Source of the DNA: Longimicrobiales bacterium
GTDB taxonomy: Bacteria; Gemmatimonadota; Gemmatimonadetes; Longimicrobiales; Gaopeijiaceae
Length of the DNA: 64,000 nucleotides
NCBI GenBank assembly: GCA_965248195.1
Contig: CBDFIQ010000001.1
Span: 576,001 to 640,000, forward strand
Direction: 5' to 3'
Numbering within the stretch: position 1 is the first letter of the stretch; the number at the start of each line of letters is the position of its first letter. The notes under the pieces were generated by a model. The model was not told the origin of the DNA. It was given only the letters and a program-made list of their open reading frames with translations, and made no database searches. Positions 37,976 to 48,824 of this stretch are shown one piece after another. The position numbers were made by a program, and so were the translations under genes.

Positions 37976-39319
37976 ATGCGTGTTTTGAGCACGAGACGGT
38001 CTTCTTCGAAGCTTGCCCTCCTCCTCTCTCTCGTGGCCGCGGCCGCTTGCCGGGGTGAGCCCGCGAACGAGACCGAGGCGGACCTGATCGAGCGCGCCCG
38101 CGGCATCCACGAACGGGTCATCACCCTCGACACCCACAACGACATCAGCGCGGCCAACTTCACGGCGGAGCGCAACTACACGATGGACCTGGGGAACCAG
38201 GTCAACCTCCCAAACATGGAAGCCGGCGGGCTGGACGTGTCGTGGATGATCGTATACGTGGGTCAGGGCCCTCTGACGGAGGAGGGGTACGCGGACGCCC
38301 ACGCGCAGGCGATCGCGAAGTTCGATGCGATTCATCGCCTGACCGAGGAAATCGCACCGGATCGCATCGAGCTCGCGCTCACGTCCGTCGACGTTCGCCG
38401 CATCGCAGCGTCGGGGAAGAAGGTCGCGATGATCGGTATCGAGAACGCGTATCAGGTCGGCCTCGACCTCGACAACATCCGTGACTTCGCGGAGCGGGGG
38501 GGACGCTATATGTCCCTCGCCCACAATGGGCACAGTCAGTTCTCCGACTCGAACACGGGTGAGCGGGACGGCGTTTGGCTCCACGACGGGCTGAGCGACC
38601 TCGGTCGGCAGGCGATCGTCGAGATGAACCGGTGGGGGATCATGATCGATATCTCGCACCCCTCCAAAGAGGCAATCATGCAGATGCTCGAGCTGACACG
38701 AGCGCCGGTCATCGCCTCCCATTCCTCGGCGCGGGCGCTCAACGACGTGAGCCGCAATCTCGACGAGGAGCAACTCATGGCCTTGAAAGAGAACGGCGGC
38801 GTCGTCCAAACCGTCGCCTTCCGGAGCTACTTGAACGCTGACAAGAACAGCGCGAATCGTGACGCCGTCCAGGCAATCACCTCCGCGGTCGCCGAGGAGA
38901 TGGACTTCGAGATACTCGGTGGACGTGGTGGTGGCGCCAGCGGCGCGCTCCTGGCGATGAATGAGGAGGAGCGCGAAACGTACCGGGCGGGTCTGGCCCG
39001 CGTGCAGGAGGCGGTGGCCGCCAGGATCGCGGCGGAGGTCGACCCCGTGACGCCTCCGGTCGGCGTGGCGGACTTCGTGGACCACATCGACTATCTCGTA
39101 GGTTTGATCGGCATCGAGCACGTCGGCATCAGCTCCGACTTCGATGGTGGCGGTGGGGTCGAGGGCTGGAACGACGCCTCGGAGACGTTAAACGTGACGC
39201 TCGAACTGGTCCGTCGCGGCTACGCCGAGAACGAGATCGGCGTGATCTGGAGCGGAAATCTGCTCCGCGTCCTCGACGAGGTTCAGGCCTTGGCGGCCGA
39301 GATCCAGGCGGGGGGCTGA
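37976..39319 (+). CDS. membrane dipeptidase (M19) lipoprotein
   Basis: Lipobox AAAC; LDTHND, IDISH, ASHS, SSDFDGG. Confidence 0.9.
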   Translation: MRVLSTRRSSSKLALLLSLVAAAACRGEPANETEADLIERARGIHERVITLDTHNDISAANFTAERNYTMDLGNQVNLPNMEAGGLDVSWMIVYVGQGPLTEEGYADAHAQAIAKFDAIHRLTEEIAPDRIELALTSVDVRRIAASGKKVAMIGIENAYQVGLDLDNIRDFAERGGRYMSLAHNGHSQFSDSNTGERDGVWLHDGLSDLGRQAIVEMNRWGIMIDISHPSKEAIMQMLELTRAPVIASHSSARALNDVSRNLDEEQLMALKENGGVVQTVAFRSYLNADKNSANRDAVQAITSAVAEEMDFEILGGRGGGASGALLAMNEEERETYRAGLARVQEAVAARIAAEVDPVTPPVGVADFVDHIDYLVGLIGIEHVGISSDFDGGGGVEGWNDASETLNVTLELVRRGYAENEIGVIWSGNLLRVLDEVQALAAEIQAGG

Positions 39320-39486
39320 GGCGGCCGGTAGGGGTCCCGACCCGCTCCCAACTTTGTGCAACAGCCTTGCCCACGGTCACGTGTGGCTGCTACTCTGGCG
39401 GTGGATTTTAGGGCGCGGGGCTGTCCCTTTTTCGAGGAGCCCCCTGTTCGTTGCAGTGTCGTCTGGCTACCAGTTCAAGGGGACTA

Positions 39487-40892
39487 ATGAGCGTCGAGAG
39501 AACCACAACGTTTGTCCGCTTTCTGACCTTGGGAGTCGTTGGGCTGTGCGGATGCGCGAACGTGCAGACGAGTAGCGTCCAGCGAACCGACGGTGCGATT
39601 CTCGCGTCAGCCTCAGTCGAGGGCGCACCCACATTCTACGCCGATGCCGCGCCGATCCTTCAAAAGAACTGCGTAGCTTGCCACCAGCCGGATGGACCCT
39701 CCGTGGGCGGACTCACGGCCCCGATGTCGCTCATCGCCTATGAAGATGCCCGCCCCTGGGCTAGTCGGATCAAGCGGGCGCTGGAGACGGGTTATATGCC
39801 GCCCTGGGGAGCCCACGCACAGCACGAAGGCACGTTCAAGGACGAGCGCTATATCCCCGATGCTGACAAGGAGACGCTCATCGCCTGGGTAGATGCGGGG
39901 GCACCGGCGGGGGCACCGGCCGACGCAAGGGCATGGGAGGCTCGCGTCGCGGCCGGACAGGTCCAGCAAGGTGGAACCTCCCTGCCGCCCTCGGGCTGGT
40001 GGATCGGCGATCCGGATCTCGTCGTGGCGTTCTCGGAGCCGGTCCAGGTGGCCGACGATGTGCGGGACTGGCAGCCCACCTTCACCATGCCCGTCCCTGA
40101 GGGTCAGCATACCGAAGCACGGTGGGTCTCGAAGGCCGAGCTTCGCCCCGGCGGTCCCTGGGTTCACCATATCGTGTCCAGTCACATGGGAGTCGGCGTC
40201 CCCGGTCGGGGCCCGTTCACCTATCCGGAGGGGTGGGGTGTTCTACTGCCCGAGGACCCCTACATCACCGTCAACATGCACTATCACAAGGACCCGGGGC
40301 CGGGAAGCAGCGTAGAGGATCTGACACAGGCCGGGTTCGTTTTCTACGAGCCGGGCGATGTGATCGACTACGTGGTCGATACGGACCTGAACTTCACGCG
40401 AGAATTCAAGATTCCCGCGGGTGATCCGAACTACGAGGTCAAGCACGAGCGTTTGTTCGAGGAAGACACCTTTCTCCTTTCCATGGGGCCGCACATGCAC
40501 TACCGGGGAAGGCTGTGAAGTACGAGCTCGAGTATCCGGACGGGAAGATGGAAACCCTGCTCTGGGTGCCGGACTACGATTTCAACTGGCAGTTCCTTTA
40601 CGAGTACCAAGAGCCGCTCCTCGTTCCGGCCGGCTCCAAGCTCCACATGACCTGGTGGTTCGACAATTCCGTCGACAATCCCTTCAATCCCGATCCGACG
40701 GCGGATGTGGTGTACGGCGCGGCCACCACGGATGAGATGGCCAACGCACGGATCTATTTCGCTCCCGTGACCAAGCGGGGCATCGTGGTGGGTGGGGAGA
40801 TTCCCGAAGAGCTCCTCGAACAGGCACGGGCCCGAGAGCAGCGGCGGCGCGAGCGGGCTGAGGCCCAGGAAGAGGCCCAGAACCAACGGTAA
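39487..40892 (+). pseudogene. cytochrome c + copper monooxygenase-like lipoprotein, split by a 1-nt frameshift (or sequencing error)
   Basis: CVACH, MPPW, VHH, MHYH, PHMHYRG then AVKY..., YDFNWQ, DEM. One base appears missing at about 40505-40510. Confidence 0.75.
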
Positions 40893-40985
40893 GGCAAATA
40901 GAGGGCGGACAAGCCCCGCTGCTTCGGCCGCATGATCCCCATGCGGTGAGGGCGCGGGGCCGACTGCATCGAAGAGGGAGGATTC

Positions 40986-42047
40986 ATGAAGCACTCCGCG
41001 ATCGGGCGTGTGGCGATGGTCTTTGGTCTCGCAGTATTGATTGGTCTCGCGGCGGTCTCCTGCGACGGAGCGGGATCCGACTCGCAGGAAGTGGCGCAGA
41101 TGGCAGACCTCGCAGATCAGTTTCTCATGTCTCTGTCCGACGAGGAGCGTGGGCGCGCGACGTTCGGCTTCGCATCGGACGAGCGGGAGAGGTTCCACTT
41201 CGTCCCGCCCGAGGTGTTCGAGCGCCACGGTTTTCCGCTCAGGGACATGAGCGCCGAGCAGAGGGAGCGGGCCCATGACCTGCTCAAGACCGGCCTCAGT
41301 CAGAGCGGGTACATGACCGCTACCGAGATCATCGAGGTCGAGGCGATCCTACAGGCGCTGGAGGGCGACGAAGGCCAATTCTCGCGTGACCCGGAGCTGT
41401 ACTTCGTCTCCGTGTTCGGTACGCCGTCGACCGATGGAACCTGGGCCTGGAGGTTCGAGGGGCACCACCTCTCGCTGCACTTCACGATCGTGGACGGGGC
41501 GATCACCGTCAGCACGCCGACCTTCTTGGCGGCGAGCCCCGCAGAGGTCATGGAAGGTCCCAGAGCGGGGCTGCGGCCCCTGGGTTCCCTGGAGGACGCG
41601 GGCCGAGCATTGCTCGCATCCCTGGACCCCTCGCAACGGGCGGTCGCAATCATCGAAGAGGTCGCACCCACGAACATAGTGCGCGGCGTGGAGCTCGCAC
41701 CCGATCCCCTCTCCCCGGTGGGCATCGTAGGCTCGGATCTCACCGCGGCGCAGCAAGATATACTGATGGAGGTGATCGAGTTCTATACGTCGAAGATGGC
41801 CGATGACATCGCAGCGCTGCGACGCGCGAAAGTTGAAGATGACGGCATCGAGAACATCACGTTCGCTTGGGCCGGCGGGACCTCGTACGGCGACGTGTCC
41901 TACTTCCGGGTGCAGGGCCCTAGCTTCTTGATAGAGTTCGACCACACCCAGAGCGACCCCAATCACATCCACTCGGGGTGGCGTGACTTCGACGGAGACT
42001 TCGGTCGCGATGTGCTGAGGGACCACCTGGCGCAGGTAGTGCACTAG
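40986..42047 (+). CDS. DUF3500 family lipoprotein
   Basis: WRFEGHHLSLHF, YFRVQGP, NHIHSGWRD. Confidence 0.85.
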   Translation: MKHSAIGRVAMVFGLAVLIGLAAVSCDGAGSDSQEVAQMADLADQFLMSLSDEERGRATFGFASDERERFHFVPPEVFERHGFPLRDMSAEQRERAHDLLKTGLSQSGYMTATEIIEVEAILQALEGDEGQFSRDPELYFVSVFGTPSTDGTWAWRFEGHHLSLHFTIVDGAITVSTPTFLAASPAEVMEGPRAGLRPLGSLEDAGRALLASLDPSQRAVAIIEEVAPTNIVRGVELAPDPLSPVGIVGSDLTAAQQDILMEVIEFYTSKMADDIAALRRAKVEDDGIENITFAWAGGTSYGDVSYFRVQGPSFLIEFDHTQSDPNHIHSGWRDFDGDFGRDVLRDHLAQVVH

Positions 42048-42113
42048 AGAGCTGTTGGGGTGCTGGGGAGGCCCATGCCACTGAACCCACTAACCTGGAA
42101 GGCAGGACGCCGC

Positions 42114-43142
42114 ATGACTCGACCAGGATCCACACCTCCGCTTCTCGGCGCTGGCGCCGTCTCTGCGTTTCTCGTGCTCTCTGGGTTTCTTCCGCTTCTC
42201 GGGGCCGTTCCCATCGCCAGCGCCCAAGAGGTGCCGTCCTTGGTCACTGAGGCTGAATACGAGCGGTGGCAGGTAGAGCTCTCGAACTGGGGCCGGTGGG
42301 GACCAGACGACGAGCTCGGCGCTCTCAACCTGATCACTCCGGCGAAGCGCCTGGCGGCCACTGCGCTGGTGCGGGAGGGGATCACCGTGTCGCTCGCGTC
42401 GACGGCGCAGACCGAACGGACCATCGACAACCCCTGTCCCCTCGAGTGGGAGATGGCCAACGCCAATCGGGGCGGGGCTACCGACCGTATCTCCTATCGG
42501 TGCATCCACGGCCCAGGCACGACCCACATCGACGGCTTCGCCCATCGCTTCTTCGACGGCAAGATGTGGAACGGCTACGACGTCGCTGACCTGGTCACGA
42601 TGGAAGAGGGCGCGTTGAAGAACGACATCCTCACGATGAAGAACGGAATCGTGACTCGCGGCGTTCTGTACGATATCCCCCGGTTGAAGGGGGTGCCTTA
42701 CCTGGAGCCCGGCACGCGAATCACCGTCCAAGACCTGGAGGCGTGGGAGGCGCAGGCCGGCGTACGGGTGGGTCCGGGCGACGCGTTCCTCCTGCGATGG
42801 GGCCGTTGGGCCAGGCAAGATGCGATAGGGCCGTTCGATACTGGGGCCGAAGCGGCGGGGCTCGACAACACCGTCATCCCCTGGCTGAAGGCTCGGGACG
42901 TCGCGCTCATCGGATGGGAAACGCCGGGCTACATGCCACCGGTAGCCGGCGAGCTGCCCCGGCTCGCGTTGCATGACTTCGCGTTGACGATGCTGGGCAT
43001 ACACCTCCTCGACCGAGCGGATTTCGATGCGCTGAGTGAGATGGCGGCGGCCCAGGGGCGGTGGGAGTTCATGCTCACGATCGCGCCGATGCCGATCCCC
43101 AACGGCACCGGCTCCCCGGTAAACCCGATCGCCATCTTCTGA
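42114..43142 (+). CDS. cyclase (kynurenine formamidase-like) family protein, exported
   Basis: NWGRWGPDDELG, HGPGTTHIDGFAH, GTGSPVNPIAIF. Confidence 0.85.
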   Translation: MTRPGSTPPLLGAGAVSAFLVLSGFLPLLGAVPIASAQEVPSLVTEAEYERWQVELSNWGRWGPDDELGALNLITPAKRLAATALVREGITVSLASTAQTERTIDNPCPLEWEMANANRGGATDRISYRCIHGPGTTHIDGFAHRFFDGKMWNGYDVADLVTMEEGALKNDILTMKNGIVTRGVLYDIPRLKGVPYLEPGTRITVQDLEAWEAQAGVRVGPGDAFLLRWGRWARQDAIGPFDTGAEAAGLDNTVIPWLKARDVALIGWETPGYMPPVAGELPRLALHDFALTMLGIHLLDRADFDALSEMAAAQGRWEFMLTIAPMPIPNGTGSPVNPIAIF

Positions 43143-43314
43143 ACGAGAGACACGCGGCCAAGACCGTTTGGATGGCCTGCTCCACTTCGGGCGCGCCGGG
43201 GTCGTCCCCGGCTGGGAGGGCACAGGGCCAGAAGAACGAGTCCCAGGCGAGCGTGTAACGGTCTAGTGTGGAACCATTTCCTCAGGGATGTCCCACTAGT
43301 CATCGATTTTCTAC

Positions 43315-46137
43315 TCAGCTCACCAAGTCTTGTGGGGTGACAACCGTCTCCTGGGTGGCCGGCTCGGCAGTTGAAACCCTTTCCTGCCGGAACTCGTCCC
43401 TCGGCGCCGCGGGCATCGGACACCAGCCCGCCTCCTCAACAGCCGCCTGCGCAGCCGCGAGGCGTGCGACCGGGACCCGGAACGGAGAGCAACTCACGTA
43501 GTTCAGGCCAATCTTGTGACAGAATTCCACCGACCGGGGGTCCCCCCCGTGCTCGCCGCAGATCCCGATCTCGAGATCCGGACGGACGCCTCGCCCAAGT
43601 TCGACCGCCATCCGCATGATCTTTCCCACCCCGTCTATATCGAGGGTCGCAAACGGGTTTGCGGGGAGCACGTCATGTTCCATGTAGTGAAGGAGGAATC
43701 CCGACTCAGCGTCGTCCCGGGAGATTCCGAACACGGTTTGGGTCAGATCGTTGGTCCCGAACGAGAAGAACTCGGCCGTCGAGGCTATCTCGTCGGCGGT
43801 CAGGGCCGCCCGCGGGATCTCGATCATCGTCCCGAGCGAATATGGGATCTCCAGCTCTTCCTCCTCCATCACCTCCAGAGCCTCGGCCTCCACCAGTCGA
43901 CGCTGGGTCCGAAACTCGTTCACGTGTGAGACCAATGGGATCATGACCTCGAGCTTGACGTCGAGCCCGTCGCGCATGCAGCGGGCGGCCGCCTGAAAGA
44001 GCGCACGAGCCTGCATCCGGGTGATTTCCGGGAGTAACATTCCGAGACGGACCCCCCTCGTGCCCAGCATGGGGTTCGCTTCCAGAAGATCTTCGGTTCG
44101 CGCGAGGAAGTCCTGCTTCTCTCGGATCTCCTCGAGCGTGTCGTCGATCTCGCGGAGCGTGTCCAGGTGCTGGAGCCTGACCTTGAGCTCCGCCAGCTCG
44201 CGGAGGAGCTCCTGGTGGTCAGGGAGGAACTCGTGAAGCGGCGGGTCCAGAAGACGGACCACGACCGGGAGACCCTCCATTGTCCGGAAGAGACCCTCGA
44301 AATCGCCGCGTTGGAGCGGGAGGAGCCGATCCAGGGCGTCCTCGCGCTCTATGTGGTTCCGGGCCATGATCATCTCCCGCATTACCGGGAGGCGATCCTC
44401 CTCGAAAAACATATGCTCCGTGCGGCAAAGGCCGATCCCCTGGGCCCCCAAGTCCCGGGCTCGGCGCGCATCATCCGGGTAGTCCGCATTCGCCCACACC
44501 TCGAGAGTCCGGAACTCGTCCGCCCAAGCCAGCAGTTCGGTGAGCCAAGGGTCCTCGATGTCAGGGACGACGGTCGGTAGCACGCCCAGGTAGACCTCTC
44601 CGCGCATCCCATCGATGGATATTTCAGCCCCCTCGCGGATCGTGAGGTCTCCGACCCGCGCCTCGCGGTCGTTCAAGTCGATATCGAGGTCCTCTACTCC
44701 GACGACGGCCGGCTTACCGAACTGGCGCGCGACCAATGCTGCATGGCTCGTCCGTCCCCCCCGGCTGGTGACGATCCCCTCCGCCGCGAGCATCCCGTGA
44801 ACGTCGTCGGGCCTCGTCTCGGGCCGGACCATGATCACGGCTTTCCCGTCCTCCTTTGCCCATCTCTCTGCCGTGTCCGCATCGAAAGCCACGACACCTA
44901 CGGCCGCCCCAGGCGACACGTTCAGACCCTTCGCAAACATCTGAGCCTGGTTTCTGGCCTCCTCATCGAACTGAGGATGGAGATAGAAATCCACCTGCTC
45001 GGGGCTCACCCGGAGCACCGCCTCCTCTCGACCAAGCAGCTCCTCCTCGACCATGTCCACGGCGATCCGCACCTCCGCCTGGGCGGTGCGCTTGCCGTTC
45101 CGGGTCTGGAGAAGCCATAACTTTCCGTGTTCGACGGTGAATTCGAGGTCCTGCATATTTCGGTAGTGGTGCTCGAGGCTATCCGCGATCTCACAGAGCT
45201 GCTTGTGGGGGTCTGGAAACCGTTCCGCCATCACGCTGATGTCGAGCGTCTTCCGAGTTCCGTCCACCACGTCCTCTCCCTGGGCGTTCACCAGGAAGTC
45301 CCCATGTAGGCCCGGCTCTCCGGTGGACGCGTTGCGGCTCATCACGACCCCCGTCCCGGAAGTCTCGCCCATATTCCCGAAGACCATCGTCTGGATGTTC
45401 ACCGCGGTGCCAATGTCGTGTGGGATCCCCGAGGCGTTCCGGTAGTCGACGGCCCGTTTCGTATTCCAGGAATCGAATACTGCTTCCGTGGCCGCCTGGA
45501 GCTGTTCCAAAGGATCTTGCGGGAAGCGTGCCCGGGTGTGTGTCCTGACGAGCTCCTTGAAGCGCTGCGTGAGGGCCATCCAATCCTCCGCTCCAAGCTC
45601 CGGATCCGAGGTGACCCCGGCAGCCAATCGACTTTGTTCGATGACTTCTTGGAATACCTCGTCTTCCATCCCGCGAACCACGGTTCCGAACATCTGAATC
45701 AACCGCCGATAGGAGTCGTACACGAAGCGCACGTCCCCCGTGAGCTCCACCATCCCTTCGGCCACCTGGTCGTTCAATCCGAGATTCAGGATCGTGTCCA
45801 TCATCCCGGGCATCGAGAACTTCGCCCCGGATCGACACGACACGAGGAGGGGTTTTTGGGGGTTGCCGAACTCCTTCCCGGTATCAGTCTCGATGCGGCT
45901 CAGGGCCTCGATCTGTTGCGCCCAGATATCCGCCGGGAACCCGCCCGCCTCCCCGAGGTAGGCGATGCACGCCTCGGTCGTCACCGTGAAGCCGGGGGGC
46001 ACAGGGACCTGAATCCGCGACATTTCCGCTAGATTCGCCCCCTTCCCACCAAGTAGCCCCCGGACCGACTCCCAGTCACCCGCATAAGTCTCCGCGGCTT
46101 CGAGCTCGGTGAACAGATACACCCACTTTCGATCCAT
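43315..46137 (-). CDS. ppdK: pyruvate, phosphate dikinase
   Basis: LLGGKGANL, NAQGEDVV, GGRTSHAA, GIGLCRTEHMF, SFGTNDL, GICGEHGG. Confidence 0.96.
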   Translation of the reverse strand: MDRKWVYLFTELEAAETYAGDWESVRGLLGGKGANLAEMSRIQVPVPPGFTVTTEACIAYLGEAGGFPADIWAQQIEALSRIETDTGKEFGNPQKPLLVSCRSGAKFSMPGMMDTILNLGLNDQVAEGMVELTGDVRFVYDSYRRLIQMFGTVVRGMEDEVFQEVIEQSRLAAGVTSDPELGAEDWMALTQRFKELVRTHTRARFPQDPLEQLQAATEAVFDSWNTKRAVDYRNASGIPHDIGTAVNIQTMVFGNMGETSGTGVVMSRNASTGEPGLHGDFLVNAQGEDVVDGTRKTLDISVMAERFPDPHKQLCEIADSLEHHYRNMQDLEFTVEHGKLWLLQTRNGKRTAQAEVRIAVDMVEEELLGREEAVLRVSPEQVDFYLHPQFDEEARNQAQMFAKGLNVSPGAAVGVVAFDADTAERWAKEDGKAVIMVRPETRPDDVHGMLAAEGIVTSRGGRTSHAALVARQFGKPAVVGVEDLDIDLNDREARVGDLTIREGAEISIDGMRGEVYLGVLPTVVPDIEDPWLTELLAWADEFRTLEVWANADYPDDARRARDLGAQGIGLCRTEHMFFEEDRLPVMREMIMARNHIEREDALDRLLPLQRGDFEGLFRTMEGLPVVVRLLDPPLHEFLPDHQELLRELAELKVRLQHLDTLREIDDTLEEIREKQDFLARTEDLLEANPMLGTRGVRLGMLLPEITRMQARALFQAAARCMRDGLDVKLEVMIPLVSHVNEFRTQRRLVEAEALEVMEEEELEIPYSLGTMIEIPRAALTADEIASTAEFFSFGTNDLTQTVFGISRDDAESGFLLHYMEHDVLPANPFATLDIDGVGKIMRMAVELGRGVRPDLEIGICGEHGGDPRSVEFCHKIGLNYVSCSPFRVPVARLAAAQAAVEEAGWCPMPAAPRDEFRQERVSTAEPATQETVVTPQDLVS

Positions 46138-46244
46138 TTCCCCTCCGTTACTGACAAATCAACTGTACGGCAGCCGTGGATCCGACGCCCTGGCGTCACC
46201 GTGCCCCAAAGGTAATCCCCAAATCAGCCGATGCCAGGTTCGAC

Positions 46245-47366
46245 CTAGCGATACTCCTTCGTGAATCCGTTCCGGCTATTCGTGACGGTGAACGAGCCAT
46301 CGGCATTCCCTGACACCTTGATCCAGTACGCTTCACCATCGTGGGCAGGCCGGGGGGGGACTCCTGGTCCCCGTCGATTGGGCATCGGTGCAATCGGCAT
46401 GGCATCTTGCATTTCGTCGATCGGGTTCGCGATGAACAGCCCGGGGACCGTGTACTCCTGCCCGCTCAGTTGAGAAAAATGAAGCTGCCAGAGGTCTTCC
46501 AGACCGGGTGCGGAGTAGAGCACCCGCATCGCCTCCGGCTGTCCGCCCTTGCGCGTGCCGTTGTTCATGACGGCCACACGAGCCTCGATGGCGTGAACCA
46601 GGACCTCTGCGTTGGAGATCGGCTGTCCATGATGGGAGACAACGAATAGATCGACCGCACCGATCGGATTGTTTGGGCACATGAGCTCGAACTCAGTGTT
46701 GACCGTCAAGTCGCCCAAGTGGAGGACACGAAACTCGCCGAACCGAACGAGAACGCCTACCGACTGTGCGTTTTCGCCGTTGTCTTCGGCCTGCGAGACG
46801 AAATCGGCGCAGTAGCGATTCGGTCGGCCTCCACCCGGCAGCGGCCGGTCGATGACCCGCTTTGCGGATGCGAGTACCGTGATGTCGATACCGGCGAGCG
46901 CAATCCGATCCCCGGGCGTGACGACCGAATGCTCGGCACCCTGGTACAACGCCCGATAGGTCGTGTTGAGAAACTCGGCCACGTTGGCGTTCGACTCGAC
47001 ACCCGGTCCGTGGTCGATGAAGCGTCGCACCGGAACCTGGCTCGCCAGTTCCTGCATCGCTCCGTAGTGGTCGCCGTGCCAGTGGGTGGTGATCAGGTTG
47101 TCGATCTCAGCGACGCCGGCGTCCTGCATCGCGTCCACGATGCGACGGGTATCTCGCGCTGCATTCTGTCCACCATTTCCAGTATCGATCAGCAAGACCT
47201 CCCCGGCTGGAGAGACGAACAGCGTTGCGCCCCCACCCTCGACGTCGATCAGGTATATCTCGAGGGTCTCCTGCGCCTGTGCCGTGGCTAGGGGAACGCC
47301 CAAGAGAAGGGTCAGCAGGACCGCTGAGAAAAGCTCTGAATGGGCCCACGATTTGCGGTTCGGCAT
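46245..47366 (-). CDS. secreted MBL-fold hydrolase (ComEC/Rec2-like)
   Basis: DVEGGGAT, THWHGDH, LGDL, SHHG; signal peptide. Confidence 0.85.
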   Translation of the reverse strand: MPNRKSWAHSELFSAVLLTLLLGVPLATAQAQETLEIYLIDVEGGGATLFVSPAGEVLLIDTGNGGQNAARDTRRIVDAMQDAGVAEIDNLITTHWHGDHYGAMQELASQVPVRRFIDHGPGVESNANVAEFLNTTYRALYQGAEHSVVTPGDRIALAGIDITVLASAKRVIDRPLPGGGRPNRYCADFVSQAEDNGENAQSVGVLVRFGEFRVLHLGDLTVNTEFELMCPNNPIGAVDLFVVSHHGQPISNAEVLVHAIEARVAVMNNGTRKGGQPEAMRVLYSAPGLEDLWQLHFSQLSGQEYTVPGLFIANPIDEMQDAMPIAPMPNRRGPGVPPRPAHDGEAYWIKVSGNADGSFTVTNSRNGFTKEYR

Positions 47367-47604
47367 TGGACGATCCTCCCCTTTCTTCAACGGCCTTCTG
47401 GTACGACCGGCGTGAATTGACGACACCCAAAATGTCACGCGCGAGCGCCAAACGCCATTGAGCCGATAGGAGCTATCTGGAAAGCTCCTCGCGGTGAGGA
47501 GGAGGCGCAGTTACTTATTTCTATTCGTGTGTCGACAACAAGCGACGGTTATGTGCTGAATCCCATGCACCAACCGCGGCGACACAAAGCCGACAGGAGG
47601 ATTT

Positions 47605-48453
47605 ATGAACCACTGGATAAGAGGAATGTTTCTGGGCAGCGTCCTTGTGGCAGCTACCGCAACTGGCGCTTTCGCGCAGAACGACCTGTCCATAGAACAG
47701 GTCAAGGATGGCCTCTATGCCATCATCGGTAGCGGTGGAAACGTCGGCGTTCGTGTTACCCGCGATGGAGTGATTCTGATCGACGACAAGTTCCCGCGAA
47801 ACTTTGCCGAGATTCAGGCCCTGGTGGCCCGGGTAAGCAATCAACCGGTCAAGTACGTCCTCAACACCCATCATCACGGCGACCACGCCGGTGGCAACGT
47901 GGAGTACATCAACATCGCGGAGATCATCGCTCACCAGAATGCCAGAGACAACATGGTAAGAGGCGACCAGGATGCCCCGCCAAGAGTTGTCTTTACGGAT
48001 CAGACTGCGGTTTATCTCGGTGGCGTTGAGGTACGAGCGTTCTATATGGGCCGTGGACACACCAATGGTGATGCGGTCATCTATTTTCCTGATCTGAGAA
48101 CCGTACATGGAGGTGATTTGTTACATGGCATCGCGCCATTTATCGACTATGGCAATGGCGGGAGCAGCAGCGGTTGGGTCACCACTCTAAATAACATTTT
48201 GGCACTCGATTTTGACACCGCCATTCCCGGGCACGGGGCCATCATGGATCGAAACGACGTGGTGGATTTTCGTAATCAAATGGAAGCGGTTCGCGCCCGT
48301 ATGGCGGATCTGATCAGATCCGGCACGCCCAAGAGCCAGGCATCCGAGCGTATAAAGACGCAGAATCTCAGCTGGACCATGGCGGAAGATGGTCTCTTTA
48401 TGGGAAGAAGCATCCCTGGCTTCTACGATGAAATTGCGGCTGGCTTGCCGTAG
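47605..48453 (+). CDS. secreted MBL-fold metallo-hydrolase
   Basis: NTHHHGDH, GHTNGD, GDL, IPGHG; AGGAGG RBS. Confidence 0.88.
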   Translation: MNHWIRGMFLGSVLVAATATGAFAQNDLSIEQVKDGLYAIIGSGGNVGVRVTRDGVILIDDKFPRNFAEIQALVARVSNQPVKYVLNTHHHGDHAGGNVEYINIAEIIAHQNARDNMVRGDQDAPPRVVFTDQTAVYLGGVEVRAFYMGRGHTNGDAVIYFPDLRTVHGGDLLHGIAPFIDYGNGGSSSGWVTTLNNILALDFDTAIPGHGAIMDRNDVVDFRNQMEAVRARMADLIRSGTPKSQASERIKTQNLSWTMAEDGLFMGRSIPGFYDEIAAGLP

Positions 48454-48574
48454 CACGGACACGAGCAAGCCACAGTCGGAGGCGTCGACGTGGGTGGTGG
48501 TCGAGCGTTACCGCTGAAACGGCCCGTCTCGGGTGGCTCCCCAATCCAAGGTCCCGTCGATGGCCGTATTCCAT

Positions 48575-48624
48575 ATACGAGGCACACTGGACCAGCGAGA
48601 TACGAGGCACACTGGACCAGCGAG
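48575..48624. repeat. exact 25-bp tandem duplication
   Basis: atacgaggcacactggaccagcgag x2 (48575-48599 and 48600-48624). Confidence 0.9.
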
Positions 48625-48824
48625 TTTTTACTGGAGGTAGAGGGCCATGGCCCCGGCGCTTGCATTTTCCGAGATGGCCGAGACATTAAGGCGGGGAGCC
48701 GATTTCCGGCCCGCCGCGAGACCGCCTGCCTGGTGCCCGGACGGAGGGGCCAGAGATGGTGCCTACAACCTACAGCCGGCTATGTCGACGAGCCTGTTGA
48801 ACGCAGGCCGCGTCCCTCGAGCTG

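Noticed and set aside
37745..39121. 795-aa extended dioxygenase or fusion protein
   Set aside because: The extension is antisense to the dipeptidase, and a TTG with a GGAGG RBS at 37744 gives a normal-length enzyme.
43143..43314. Possible gene remnant between the cyclase gene and ppdK
   Set aside because: The minus strand looks vaguely coding but I could not assign any family.
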